A DNA stretch of 64,000 nucleotides from Vicinamibacteria bacterium (GCA_964291235.2 OZ219815.1:544001-608000); one strand, 5' to 3'. Positions 41,431-51,797 are shown, numbered from the stretch's first letter. The notes: generated from the letters alone by a model not told the origin. Made by a program: numbers and translations.

Positions 41431-42342
41431 TCAAAGAACGTAGGCCACCGCAAACCCCAGTTGGGCCACCATCATCATGAGGTACATGTGGCGCCAGGAC
41501 ACGTGGTTGCTGTCCGTCGCCAATTCATCCGGACGGCGCAGCATCAGCCACGCCGTGAAGATCCCGTAGAGCATCAGGATGGCGCCCAGCGCGTCCAGCA
41601 GCAGAGGATTGCCGGTCAGCAGATTCATCCGCACCCCAAGCGGGATGAGCGCGAAGGGCAGGACGAAGAAAGGCGCGATCCGCCATGCCGCGCCCCGGGG
41701 GCCGTACTCGATCGGAAGGGTCCGGCAGCCACCCGCACGGTCCCCCGCGACGTCCGAAAAATCCTTGGTCGTGGTGGCTCCCAGCAGGAACAGCCCGAAG
41801 ATGAGCCCGATGAACCAGGGTTCGGGATCGAACACGGTCTTGAGCGCGGACCAGCCCGCTACCTTGAGCAACAGCCCCCGGGGAATGGCGACCGTGAGAT
41901 TGGCCAGCATCCCGAGCCGTTTTGTCCGCAGCGGCGGCGCCGAGTACATCCACACGAAGACGCTCGCCACCAGCACGATCACGAAGCACTCCCGCCGGCC
42001 GTCGGGATTCACGAACCAGGCGGCGGCAAGCGCGAGCAGCCAGCAGACCGCCGTGAACCACCAGGCCTCGGCGAGTCCGAGCCGCCCGGAAGGAAGGGGC
42101 CGGTCCGGTTTCGTGATGCGGTCGATGCCGAGGTCGTAGATCTGGTTGAGGGCGTTGCTGGCCGCGTTGAGGGTTGCAGCCATCACCGCGCCCAGGACGG
42201 GATAGATCCAGGGGACGTTCTCGAGCGCCGGAGGGGCCCCCAGTGCGGTGACGCTGCCGCTCAGGAAACCGATCAGGGGTGGCAGGAGGGTGAACGGGCG
42301 CGAGAACTCGCGATAGAGGGCGAGGCGCGCTCCGAGGCTCAC
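41431..42342 (-). CDS. UbiA-superfamily prenyltransferase, homogentisate phytyltransferase/chlorophyll-synthase-like
   Basis: [48 protein letters not shown]...TLP. GTG overlaps the DUF92 stop. Confidence 0.85.
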   Translation of the reverse strand: MSLGARLALYREFSRPFTLLPPLIGFLSGSVTALGAPPALENVPWIYPVLGAVMAATLNAASNALNQIYDLGIDRITKPDRPLPSGRLGLAEAWWFTAVCWLLALAAAWFVNPDGRRECFVIVLVASVFVWMYSAPPLRTKRLGMLANLTVAIPRGLLLKVAGWSALKTVFDPEPWFIGLIFGLFLLGATTTKDFSDVAGDRAGGCRTLPIEYGPRGAAWRIAPFFVLPFALIPLGVRMNLLTGNPLLLDALGAILMLYGIFTAWLMLRRPDELATDSNHVSWRHMYLMMMVAQLGFAVAYVL

Positions 42343-43061
42343 CCGGCGCCTCCGCCGCTGGCGATCCACCCCCAGCCGAACGCCAGGAGTCCGCCAGCCG
42401 ACACGGAAACGGCATTCACCCCGTTGTTGTCAAGCACTCCGCGGGCCTCGAGCGGGGAAAGCAGACCTTCCAGCAGGGCGGCGAGGAAGCCGGCCCCCGA
42501 CACCGGCAGGAGCCACGCCAGGGGAATGAGATCGCCGCCGGTGGCCGCGGCGCCGACAGAAAAAGCGGCCAACAACCCGGCGAGCGAGCCCCCGAGGCTG
42601 ACGCCGCCCGGCGTGCCGGCCGTCGCCCGGGAGAGATCCGGAAGGCGCCTGACTGGTCCGCCAAAGGACTTCCCAACCTCGGACGACACCGTGTCGGCGG
42701 CGCCAGTGGCGAGCGAACCGACGAACGCGGCCGCGGCCGGCGCCGCCCAACCACCGGGGAGCACCCCCGCGAGCGCGCCGAAGACGACCGCCGGTCCCCC
42801 GTTCGCGAGCACCTGCCGCGGTTCCCGGGCGCCGCCCCGGGCTTCGGCGATCCCGAGCGCCCGCTTGCGGCTCCAACCGATCCGCGTTGCCAGGGCGCCC
42901 AATGCGAAGTAGAGGAGCAACACCAGATACCCCGGCCAGCCCAGACCCAGGATCACCGCGCCGCCCACGAAGAACCCGGCGAAAGCACCCCGGCCGGTCA
43001 CGGTCCTGAGACGCCAGCCGCAAAACGCGAGGGATCCGTTCAGCAGGAGAAGAAGAGTCAC
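42339..43061 (-). CDS. DUF92/COG1836 (TMEM19, VTE6-like) membrane protein
   Basis: K...GIAE..GG.R...QVLANGG, ADTVSSEVG, GT.GGVS..GS.AG, NN.VN. Confidence 0.87.
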   Translation of the reverse strand: MTLLLLLNGSLAFCGWRLRTVTGRGAFAGFFVGGAVILGLGWPGYLVLLLYFALGALATRIGWSRKRALGIAEARGGAREPRQVLANGGPAVVFGALAGVLPGGWAAPAAAAFVGSLATGAADTVSSEVGKSFGGPVRRLPDLSRATAGTPGGVSLGGSLAGLLAAFSVGAAATGGDLIPLAWLLPVSGAGFLAALLEGLLSPLEARGVLDNNGVNAVSVSAGGLLAFGWGWIASGGGAG

Positions 43062-43122
43062 GCTTCGAGACGAATCGATGCACCGGGGTATGGCGGGAAG
43101 TCGGGGGGTCGGGCTCCAGGCA

Positions 43123-45354
43123 TCAGTAGTAGCTGTCGCGGCCTCCTCCGGCGCCGAAGCCGAAACTCGTGATCCCTCCCAGGGTGATGCCGAAGTGGAA
43201 AATGTTCTCGTTACGGCTCGTCAGGTTGTAACGGATCCATTCGACGTTGAGCCCGCAGCACTGGAAGAGGAAATCGGCGCGCAGGCGGATGTTGGAGAGC
43301 CGGCGCTCGCTGATGTCGTAGTTGACGTCAACCCCGGTGCGGATCACTTCGGTGGGAAAGAAATCGGTTCCCGCCCGGAGATAGCTTTTGACGCTCACCT
43401 CGTCGCTGTCATCGCCGCCAATCCGGCGGGCGCGGCGCGACCAGTTGAAGTTGAACCGCCGGTTCGACAGTCGGTCTCCAATCCGGACACCAGTCCGGAT
43501 CGAGGTGAACAGCCGCTCGTCCGGATCCCATTCCATGGTCCAGTCGCCGTTCACGCTCTGGTCCGGCGTAAAACGGAAATCCGATCGGATCGGAGACTTC
43601 CGAATCTCCACTTCGCTGTCCTCAAACGAGGAAGAGACGTACTGGGAGTCATACGCCCCCGCCGTCGGATCGAAATACCAGCTCTGCTGGATGCGCCAGG
43701 TAATGACGTCCGTCGCGGAGGACTCCTCCACGCCGTCGCGGTACCGTTTCGCCAGCACCCGGTTCACGAGTCCGAAACTGATCTGGTTGGCCTGGGACGA
43801 GCTGTCGTAGCGGTCGAAGCGATTCACCAGGTCGAACTTGTCGTCACTCTTGCGGTAGTCCCACGATGCCTCGGGCTCGATGAGGTGCTTGTAGCGAGCG
43901 GCGTAGAAGCCTCCCGGGGTGTCAAAGATCCGCTCCAGCTTGGGTCCCGACATCTGGACCGAGGTTCCGTAAAACCGCCGGCTCAACTGCAGATCGGGCG
44001 TGAACTCGTCGGTCTCGGGATCAATGGAGCCGCCGTACCGCAGGTACCCCGCATCGATTTCAGCCCGCAATTGCAGGAAGGGAACCTCCGGCATCGAGAT
44101 CCCGAGCGTCGGCCCCACGAAGAGCCGGTTCCATTCCTGGAAGTCGTCCCGGCGCGAGCGGCCCACCCGCACGTAGTTCGTCTCGTAGCTGAGTTGCACG
44201 AACTGACTCAGCAGGTTGAGGTTGCGCCGGGAAATCGAGAACTGCGGCAGCGTCTGCCGGACACTGCTCCTGGACGTGTACTGCGTGTCCTTGCGATCGA
44301 TCTTGAACTTGATCCGGTGGCGGAAGAGTTGGCCGCTCAGGTCCACCTTGGTCCGCTTGTACCTCCGGGTGGAACGCGAAAAAGAGTCCTGGAAGCGCCG
44401 GCTGAAATCGAAACTGGAGAAGATGTCGCCAGCGGCGCTCAGTCGGAATCGCGCGGGCAGCCGCTGCGCCACGTTGAAACTGAGGGAGTACTCACGATTC
44501 TCGGTGGTCTTGTCATTGATGAGGAAGCCTTCGGCTTCGCCACGGGAACCGCTGGGGCCGCGATAGCGGTACTCCATCCCGAGACCGGTTCCCGACACCG
44601 TGAAATGGTCCACGCTCAGCGTCGTGTCCATCGAGCGGTTGATGGCCCAGTAGAAGCCCTGGCTGAAGAGGTGGCCCCGGAGGTCGGAACGGCTGTAGCG
44701 CGGAATGAGGAAGCCGGTCTGCCGGCCATCCTCCTCAAGCGGGTAGTAGAGCGCCGGGAAATAGGTCACCGGGACGTTCTTGACGCGGAACGACACGTTG
44801 CGCAACCAGACGTGTTTCTCCGGCCGGACGACGGCGCGACTGGCGGTGAAGTTCCAGCGGGGATTCGGCTGCGCGCAGGTCGTGAACGCGCCCTGTTCGA
44901 TGGCGAACGCTCCGTCTTCCAGTTCCTCGAGGGTCTCGGCCACGAAGTGGAAGTCCTGCCCGAGAACGCCCCTCGCATTCCGAAAGATGGCGGTGCCGCC
45001 CTCAAGACTTCCCTCCATGGACTCGGCGACCACCTTCTCGTCGCGCCGTTCAAAAACGACGTTGCCCGTCGCCCGCACCCGGAGGGCTTCTTCGTCGATT
45101 TCGATGCGGTCGGCCTGTATCCGAAGTCCGCCGTAGGCCACTTGTGCGTAGCCGTCGAGGACGACCTGCGAACCCTCGCGACTGACGCGTTCCGCACGCG
45201 TGATCATGGTGCCCGCGGGCGGCGGGTCGTGGCTCCAGGCGACCGGTGGGTGTTCTCTGTCTCCCTGGTTCCGCCGCTGGCCTCTTTGGGAGCCCTGGAC
45301 GAGCACCGGAAGGGCAACGGCAAACCCCAGGAGCACGACCGCGGAAAGACGCAT
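43123..45354 (-). CDS. lptD: LPS-assembly outer-membrane protein LptD
   Basis: Signal peptide, OstA-like A-D-R-I jellyroll, FTTC....P.W, RQTGFLIP, FYWAINRSMD.T, C-terminal QCC. Confidence 0.87.
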   Translation of the reverse strand: MRLSAVVLLGFAVALPVLVQGSQRGQRRNQGDREHPPVAWSHDPPPAGTMITRAERVSREGSQVVLDGYAQVAYGGLRIQADRIEIDEEALRVRATGNVVFERRDEKVVAESMEGSLEGGTAIFRNARGVLGQDFHFVAETLEELEDGAFAIEQGAFTTCAQPNPRWNFTASRAVVRPEKHVWLRNVSFRVKNVPVTYFPALYYPLEEDGRQTGFLIPRYSRSDLRGHLFSQGFYWAINRSMDTTLSVDHFTVSGTGLGMEYRYRGPSGSRGEAEGFLINDKTTENREYSLSFNVAQRLPARFRLSAAGDIFSSFDFSRRFQDSFSRSTRRYKRTKVDLSGQLFRHRIKFKIDRKDTQYTSRSSVRQTLPQFSISRRNLNLLSQFVQLSYETNYVRVGRSRRDDFQEWNRLFVGPTLGISMPEVPFLQLRAEIDAGYLRYGGSIDPETDEFTPDLQLSRRFYGTSVQMSGPKLERIFDTPGGFYAARYKHLIEPEASWDYRKSDDKFDLVNRFDRYDSSSQANQISFGLVNRVLAKRYRDGVEESSATDVITWRIQQSWYFDPTAGAYDSQYVSSSFEDSEVEIRKSPIRSDFRFTPDQSVNGDWTMEWDPDERLFTSIRTGVRIGDRLSNRRFNFNWSRRARRIGGDDSDEVSVKSYLRAGTDFFPTEVIRTGVDVNYDISERRLSNIRLRADFLFQCCGLNVEWIRYNLTSRNENIFHFGITLGGITSFGFGAGGGRDSYY

Positions 45355-45426
45355 CCGGCGACGATCCGCGCAATCCGCGGGCCGCCGTGAAGGAATCACG
45401 GTGGGATTCCAGTCCCGCCGTCGTTC

Positions 45427-45627
45427 AACAGCCTGTGGCAAAACCCCCAAGGCCCAGTTCTCCCGGTGGGGGCTCGAGCGGCGATGCATCCCGTCTGAAC
45501 CGCGCCTCTACGAGGCGCTCATCGTTGCGTTTCGGTCGAAATACACTCGGTATTCCTCCCTCACGCGCCTTGTCAGCCGGGCGCCTCGCCACTCTCGGCG
45601 CTCACGGGGGTTTCACCACAGGCTGTT
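45427..45627. mobile_element. ~200-bp MITE with 22-bp terminal inverted repeats
   Basis: AACAGCCTGTGGCAAAACCCCC (45427-45448) and GGGGGTTTCACCACAGGCTGTT (45606-45627) match at 20/22. The core is shared with 46248-46395. Confidence 0.78.
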
Positions 45628-46237
45628 AGCGCGCCGGCTCGTAGTACGGGTTCGTTCCGGCGGCGTGGTCGGTGGTGTCCAGGATGGCGCCGATCTCCGG
45701 AACCGCCCGGCGCAGGATCTTCTCGACTCCCTGGCGGAGAGTGGCGGTGGCCATGCCGCACCCCTGACATCCCCCTCCCATGCGAATGAAGACCTGGTTG
45801 CGCTCAACTCCCACGAGGTCGATGTACCCACCGTGGGAGGCGACCGCCGGGTTGATTTCGTCCCGCAGGACGGCCTGGACACGATCCCGGATGTCTTCCG
45901 GCGCCGGGAGGCCCTCGAGCAGCGCGGGGTCCACCGCCGGCTCCGCTCCCTCGAGGACGGATCGGATTCGCTGGCCCGCCTCGCGTCCGATCGGCATCCA
46001 GTTGGCCTGGTTCTCTGCCGCGGTGACCGTGATCAGGTTGTCCTGGATGAGGACCCCTGCAACCCCGGGAATGCCCAGGAGTTCGCGCGCCAGCGCGGAA
46101 CCTCCGGCCGGTCCGGCGGAGTCGAAATAGGCCGATCCCCCGGGGAACACGGGACGGTCAATCACAAACCGGCAGGTCGAGGCGTCGCGCGGCTCGGCCC
46201 GAATGCGGATCGCGGGAGCGGGCGGCGGAAGAGACAT
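45626..46237 (-). CDS. NfuA/NifU-like Fe-S carrier (Nfu_N + NifU_C domains)
   Basis: S.LA..L..IPGV..V.I....ITV; EINPAVASHGG.I, GGGCQGC, TLRQGVE, D.TDH..G.NPYY. ATG at 46237. Confidence 0.9.
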   Translation of the reverse strand: MSLPPPAPAIRIRAEPRDASTCRFVIDRPVFPGGSAYFDSAGPAGGSALARELLGIPGVAGVLIQDNLITVTAAENQANWMPIGREAGQRIRSVLEGAEPAVDPALLEGLPAPEDIRDRVQAVLRDEINPAVASHGGYIDLVGVERNQVFIRMGGGCQGCGMATATLRQGVEKILRRAVPEIGAILDTTDHAAGTNPYYEPAR

Positions 46238-46247
46238 GAAAGAAGCG

Positions 46248-46395
46248 TAGCAGTCTGCGGAGAAAATGACGTGAGCACGGAGAACGGTGAGACGCCCGGC
46301 TGACGAGGCGTGTGAGGGAGGAATACCGGGTGTATTCCGACCGAAACGCAACGATGGGGGCCGCATGGCGGCCCGTTCAGACGGGATGCATCGCA
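46248..46395. mobile_element. Second, inverted and diverged MITE copy
   Basis: The reverse complement GCGATGCATCCCGTCTGAAC...CATCGTTGCGTTTCGGTCGGAATACACCCGGTATTCCTCCCTCACACGCC... aligns with 45481-45627. The distal end is unclear. Confidence 0.78.
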
Positions 46396-46808
46396 GCCAC
46401 CGGTTGCCGGCAACGCACAGGCAAGGCGGAGGCCAGTGATATCGGGTGACAGCGTCGGGCATCCGGGAGTTCAGGAAACCGGCACGCTCCGCTTCCGGAC
46501 AATGAATCGCCGCGGGGATTTCTGAATCGCACCGGCGCGCCGGATACGGGATACGGATCGGTGGAGCGCTGAAATCGGCGCATTCCCCCGGGATGCGGCG
46601 CCGGATCGCCGGAATTCCCGCGCCGAACCGTCCGTCCCCGGCCACCGCCGCCCCGGGCGCATCCCTTGCGCCTCTTGAAGGACATGCACGGCAACGCGCC
46701 CAAGCCGCCCCGGGTCCCGGAAACCACTCGAATTCAAAGAACACCGGTTCTGCCCCGGGCGAAGCGCCGAAGCCGGCTTTCCAAACCCCCAAGGAGAACA
46801 ACTTCCCC

Positions 46809-49682
46809 ATGAAACACATCACTTTCCTGGCGCTCGCTCTCGCGGTGCTGGCCGGCGCCCCGGCGTTCGGCCAGACCGCGGGAGAAATCGAGGGCCGGGT
46901 CACCGACTCCCAGGGTCTCGCCATCCCCGGAGCGACCGTCACGCTCTCCGGCGAAGCCCTGATCACCGAACAGCGGACCGTCACCCTGAGTGACGGCTCC
47001 TACCGGTTCCGATCGCTCCGTCGCGGCGCGTACGACCTTCGGTTCGAGATCTCCGGATTCCAGATCCTCCTGCGCGAAGGCATCATCGTCGAGGGGAACC
47101 GGACCATCACCGTCCCGGTGACCCTCGAAGTCGCCACGGTCGCGGAAACGGTCACGGTCACCGGCGAAGCGCCGGTGGTGGACGTCCGCACCACGGCGCT
47201 ATCCACGGACTTCGGGACCGAGGCCCTCCATGAGGTGCCCTCCGCAACCGATGTCTGGGCGGTGCTCGCCCAGACGCCGGGCGTACGGATGCGCGGCTAC
47301 GACGTCGGCGGCAGCCACAAGAGCCAGCAGACGGGCTACGAGAGCTTCGGGATCCGCCGCCAGAACCGGATCCTCGCCGACGGCGTGGACACCACCGAAG
47401 GGGAAAGCGGCACCGGCTTCTACTTCGACTACTACTCCATCGAGGAGTTCACCACCTCGGCCGCCGGCGCCGACGTCGAGATGACCGGACCCGGCTCGAT
47501 GGTCGTCATGACGATGAAGAGCGGCGGCAACGAGTTCAGCGGGCTCCTGCACGCCGACTACGAGCATGAGTCGTTCGTCGGCAACAACGTGGACAGCGAG
47601 CTGGAGTCCCGCAACTTCACGGGCAATCCGAACATCCTGTTCTGGGAAGGCCACGCCGACCTCGGCGGGCCGATCGTGGAGGATCGCGCCTGGTTCTACG
47701 GCTTCTACAACCACTTCCGCATCGACAAGCAGGTCTCGGGGGTGGATCCGAACCTGGCCACCGACCTCGGCGACTTCGACCAGTTCGGCGGCAAGGTCAC
47801 CGCGCAGTTGACCAGCCGGGACCAACTCATCGCCTACACCAACTACCAGTTGAAGCAGAAGCCGAAGCGCGGCCTCTCGAACACGGTGGGTCCCGACTCG
47901 GTCCTGGCCCAGGACAGTTGGAGTTGGGCGCACAAGGGCGAATGGCAGCGCGTCTGGGACGACCGGACCTTCTCGACCTTCGCCGTCAAGCACTTCGGAT
48001 TCGGTTGGCCGATGGTGCCGCAGGTCGATCCGGAGTCGAACCCGCCGCGGTTCGACCAGGCAACCGGCATCCACACCGGCGCCGGCTGGAACACCAACAT
48101 CACCGGGACGCCGCCGTTCACGTTTGAGCGCTGGAAGCCCCAGGTGACGGCCACCGTGAGCCACTACGTGCCCGACTTCCTCGGCAGCCATGACTTCAAG
48201 TTCGGCTACGACTTCCAGATCGACGCCCGGAAATTCGGCGCCAACTCGAACTCCGGTCACGTCCGCTACATCGACGACAGCTCCCAGGGCCGGCCGCTGG
48301 ACGTGGACCAGATCGCGCTGTTCAGCATGCCCGCCGACGGCCAGATCAACGCCGATTCGCGGAACACCCATCACGACGTGTTCGCCCAGGACACCTGGCG
48401 GCCGATCGCCCGGCTGACGCTGAACCTCGGCGTCCGTTTCGGGCAGCAGCGGACTCATTTCCTCGACTCGGAGTCGAACCCGCTGTTCGCCGACTTCTTC
48501 CCGACCGGGGTGACCCAGGGACAGACCCTCGTCACCTGGAACACCTGGGCGCCCCGGGTGGGAGCAACCTATGAGCTCGCGGCGGGAACGGTGCTGAAGG
48601 GTCACTACGGCCGCTACTACGTGAACCTCGCGGACGCGCACCGCCGCGCCGACCCGGCGAACGTGGCCTGGACCCGGTTCGATTTCCTCGATCAGAACGG
48701 GAACGGCCTCTACGACGGGGCGAGCGAGCTCGGCACGATTCGCGCAACGAGCGGCGCTACCGGTACGGCCCTGCGGACGCTGGGCACGCCGGTGAACCCG
48801 AATCTGCAAAAGGAATACGTGGATGAGTTCAGCGTCTCCTTCGAGCACGAACTGGTCGCGGACACCGCTCTGCGCGCGTCCTTTGTCCGCAAGCAGCTCA
48901 ACGCCGACAGCGGGCAGTGGAACGTTCCGCAGCAGACCGCGCTCCTCGAGGGACGCGGCATCCCCTGCGGCACAGACTTCGAGTGTCCGACCAACGCGCT
49001 CACCGGGGCGCCGATCAACGTACAGCGGGTCCCGGACGACGTCGCCAACGTAGTGGACATCCAGACCGACACGTTCCCCGACATGGCGGCCAGCTACGAC
49101 ACCTTCCAGATCGCGGCAAACCGTCGTTTCGCGGGTGGATTCTTCGTGCAGGCGAGTTTCGACTACCAGTGGCGGGACGAGTACCGCGCCGCTTCGGGAG
49201 AATCACGAAGCCCCCTGACGGCCGACCCGATCGACGTGGGCTCCGACGGACACGGCACGATCTGGCAAAACCACAGCCTCGACGTCCCCTTCCGCCAGGA
49301 AACCACGAACTGGAACGGGCGCCTGCTCGCCCGCTACACACTGCCCTACGGGGTCGCGGTGTCCGGAAACGTGCGCTACCAGAGCGGCTGGCCGTGGGCT
49401 CCGATCCAGCGGGTCTCGATTCCCGGTTCGGGCACCCAGCCGATCTTCCTCTCGAACCTCGATGAAAACCGCTCCGACGCGGTGACGCTCGCCGATTTCC
49501 GGATCGAGAAGAACTTCGAGGTCGGCAACGGCTCGCTCCTCACCGCGATGGTGGACGTGTACAACGCCCTGAACTCCAACGCGGTTAGCAACTTCAATCT
49601 GCGGACGGGCGCGAATTACAACAACGTGATCGCCGCCCTCGATCCCCGCGCCGCCAAGGTCGGCCTCCGCCTGACCTTCTGA
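46809..49682 (+). CDS. Oar-like (TonB-dependent receptor family) outer-membrane protein with N-terminal carboxypeptidase-regulatory-like domain
   Basis: AAGGAG RBS, signal peptide, G.V.D.QG..IPGATV, ETVTVTGE.P.VD, KSGGNEFSG, LGGPI..DRAWF, QD.W, PRVG, terminal LTF. Confidence 0.9.
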   Translation: MKHITFLALALAVLAGAPAFGQTAGEIEGRVTDSQGLAIPGATVTLSGEALITEQRTVTLSDGSYRFRSLRRGAYDLRFEISGFQILLREGIIVEGNRTITVPVTLEVATVAETVTVTGEAPVVDVRTTALSTDFGTEALHEVPSATDVWAVLAQTPGVRMRGYDVGGSHKSQQTGYESFGIRRQNRILADGVDTTEGESGTGFYFDYYSIEEFTTSAAGADVEMTGPGSMVVMTMKSGGNEFSGLLHADYEHESFVGNNVDSELESRNFTGNPNILFWEGHADLGGPIVEDRAWFYGFYNHFRIDKQVSGVDPNLATDLGDFDQFGGKVTAQLTSRDQLIAYTNYQLKQKPKRGLSNTVGPDSVLAQDSWSWAHKGEWQRVWDDRTFSTFAVKHFGFGWPMVPQVDPESNPPRFDQATGIHTGAGWNTNITGTPPFTFERWKPQVTATVSHYVPDFLGSHDFKFGYDFQIDARKFGANSNSGHVRYIDDSSQGRPLDVDQIALFSMPADGQINADSRNTHHDVFAQDTWRPIARLTLNLGVRFGQQRTHFLDSESNPLFADFFPTGVTQGQTLVTWNTWAPRVGATYELAAGTVLKGHYGRYYVNLADAHRRADPANVAWTRFDFLDQNGNGLYDGASELGTIRATSGATGTALRTLGTPVNPNLQKEYVDEFSVSFEHELVADTALRASFVRKQLNADSGQWNVPQQTALLEGRGIPCGTDFECPTNALTGAPINVQRVPDDVANVVDIQTDTFPDMAASYDTFQIAANRRFAGGFFVQASFDYQWRDEYRAASGESRSPLTADPIDVGSDGHGTIWQNHSLDVPFRQETTNWNGRLLARYTLPYGVAVSGNVRYQSGWPWAPIQRVSIPGSGTQPIFLSNLDENRSDAVTLADFRIEKNFEVGNGSLLTAMVDVYNALNSNAVSNFNLRTGANYNNVIAALDPRAAKVGLRLTF

Positions 49683-49694
49683 CGGCTCCGCCGC

Positions 49695-49720
49695 GGTGGC
49701 CGGCGCTCTCGCCGGCCACC
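49695..49720 (+). terminator. Perfect 11-bp hairpin after the receptor gene (terminator or mRNA stabiliser)
   Basis: GGTGGCCGGCG-CTCT-CGCCGGCCACC; no U tract. Confidence 0.5.
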
Positions 49721-49788
49721 CGGCCCCCCGGCGCCCGAATCGAGCGCCGATGTGGCACGATCCTTTCTTGCTCGTCGAGCGGAAAGGA

Positions 49789-50889
49789 ATGAGAAACGGC
49801 AAGCGCCTCCTGCGCGCCGCGCCCATCGCGATTCTGCTCGCCGTGCCGGCGCTCGCGTACCACTTCTACGGCGGCGGCAGGCTCGGCGTCGTTGCGTCCA
49901 CGGGTGCGTTCCGCTGGGAACCGGAGGACTTCCCCCTTCGGTTCCGGATCGTCGAGAACGACCATCTGCCATCGTTTCCCGGACTCACGGAAGCCACCTG
50001 GCGGGAACTCATCAACCGGGCCTTCGCGCATTGGACGGCCATTCCCACGGCTCGCATCACCATCGTCGTCGAAGACGAGACGGTAGCGGCTGAGCGCGCG
50101 GCGGACGACAGAATCAACACGGTCGGCTTCGGCGTTCCCGAGGAGGACGAGGACGAATTCCGGTTTGCCGCAACGGCCCGCTGGCGATACGACGGCGCCG
50201 ACTGGGTCGGCTGCGACATCGAATTCAATCCTTCGTACTACGCCGGTCTCCGTGAGCGTCTTCAGGAGAGGGAGTTGCCGGATGTGGCTTTCTGGTCTGC
50301 TCTCGAGAACACGATGATCCACGAGATGGGTCACTGCCTCGGCCTGGCGCATTCGGTCCTCAACCCGATGTTGCCGAGGACCACCGCACAGCCCGCGTGG
50401 ACCCGGGGGGACGGCTTCCTTCCGGAGGGGGTGGCGGCGTTCGCCGCCCATCCGAACATGTCCTACGGGAACGACTTCGGGTTCGTGGGACTCACCCCCG
50501 ACGACGAGATCGCGGTCTCTCTGCTCTATCCCGCCTCCGGATTCCTCGAATCCCGGAGGGCGCTCGCGGGAAGGGTGGTTTTCGATACCGGTGATCCCGC
50601 GCCTTTCGTCTACGTCCAGACCGTGAAGTCTTCATTTGCCGATGTATTCGGTCCCGGCACGCTGACGGACCAATCCGGACAGTTCCTTCTTGAGGGACTC
50701 CGACCCGGTCCCGTCATGCTTTGGGTTCATCCCGTAACCATTCCGGGCGCCCACACCTTCCGCGAGGCCGTGCAGGAAACGGGCACTCTCGACATCGTGG
50801 ACCGCTGGCGCTGGGCTCGGGTCCCGGCGGGCCAAGGACAGCTCAGCCTCGTTCCCGACATCATCGTCTCGAGCGGTCGTTCCCCATGA
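49789..50889 (+). CDS. Secreted matrixin-like (metzincin) metalloprotease with C-terminal carboxypeptidase-regulatory-like domain
   Basis: Signal peptide, AF..W, CDIEFN, HEMGHCLGLAHS, Met-turn (NMSY), L..DD; C-terminal GRV....G.P...TDQSGQF.LEGL.PG. Confidence 0.85.
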   Translation: MRNGKRLLRAAPIAILLAVPALAYHFYGGGRLGVVASTGAFRWEPEDFPLRFRIVENDHLPSFPGLTEATWRELINRAFAHWTAIPTARITIVVEDETVAAERAADDRINTVGFGVPEEDEDEFRFAATARWRYDGADWVGCDIEFNPSYYAGLRERLQERELPDVAFWSALENTMIHEMGHCLGLAHSVLNPMLPRTTAQPAWTRGDGFLPEGVAAFAAHPNMSYGNDFGFVGLTPDDEIAVSLLYPASGFLESRRALAGRVVFDTGDPAPFVYVQTVKSSFADVFGPGTLTDQSGQFLLEGLRPGPVMLWVHPVTIPGAHTFREAVQETGTLDIVDRWRWARVPAGQGQLSLVPDIIVSSGRSP

Positions 50890-51797
50890 GATACCTCGCG
50901 AAGCGCATCTTCCCCGCCGCAGCGCTCGCGCTGACTTTGGTCTTCTTTGGATGTCAGGCTGCGGATCGCTCGGGCACGTCCACCACTCCTCAGCGGACCC
51001 AGACCCCGCAAACCCAGATTTCGGCCGACAAGATCATTCCCATCCAGCTCGAGGGTCTCTTCGTTCGCCCCGACACCACGCTCCGGATAACCGAAGGAAC
51101 GCAGGTAGTGGTTCACGCCGCGACCGACGGGCTGGGCAGGGACTTCACGAATGGGGGGCAGGGGGAGGGCATTCCGGTGCGCGTGCGGCACGACGCTCCG
51201 CCAGATCAGGTCACGGCCGGGGGGGAGGTTCGGGTGGGAGGTTCGAGCGCCCCGGGCATCGTTCACATCCGGGCGTTGGCTGACGACGTGAAGGAACCCG
51301 AGGCGACGTTCTCGCTCTGGCTTGAGCCGGTTCCCGGACATCAACTCAGTGGAGGGTTCGTACTCGAGGTGGATTCGACACCGCTGCGGTTCAGGGTGGT
51401 GGATGCGCACCCGGCAGACTGCGGAAACGTCCGGATCGCGGCCCGACTCGACGGCGCTCGTCGGGCCGCCGGCTCATTCGCGGCAGGCCTCTTCGGAGAC
51501 GACATCGAGGACTACCAGGTCGCGCGACTCACAATCCAGACCGCCGATCCGCATCTGGGCGTCTCCCTCACGGCGCCCTATCGCGAGCGGTACGCGCACC
51601 TCGAGGAAGAGGAGAGGCCCAACCACAGCGCCTTTCCGGCCACATTCGCCCTGAGCGCGACACTCTGGGGAGTGGGCGACACGCTGCGCCAGACCTTCTC
51701 GCTGGCCTATTTCGCACCGCTCGAACTAACGGCCGAATCACCGGGATGCGAGCCGATTCGCGTTCAGTGCGAAACTAGTAGCTGCAATGTCCGCTGA
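50886..51797 (+). CDS. Hypothetical lipoprotein
   Basis: Lipobox FFGC. ATGA-coupled to the protease gene. Possible Calx-beta-like segment (ADDVKEPEATFSLWL). Confidence 0.7.
   Translation: MRYLAKRIFPAAALALTLVFFGCQAADRSGTSTTPQRTQTPQTQISADKIIPIQLEGLFVRPDTTLRITEGTQVVVHAATDGLGRDFTNGGQGEGIPVRVRHDAPPDQVTAGGEVRVGGSSAPGIVHIRALADDVKEPEATFSLWLEPVPGHQLSGGFVLEVDSTPLRFRVVDAHPADCGNVRIAARLDGARRAAGSFAAGLFGDDIEDYQVARLTIQTADPHLGVSLTAPYRERYAHLEEEERPNHSAFPATFALSATLWGVGDTLRQTFSLAYFAPLELTAESPGCEPIRVQCETSSCNVR

Noticed and set aside
41431-42342. Archaeal-type DGGGP synthase (ether lipids) or true chlorophyll synthase
   Set aside because: No GGGP synthase, G1P dehydrogenase or photosynthesis genes are in the window, and the motifs fit the HPT/ChlG-like group only generally. 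A phylogeny is needed to exclude these fully.
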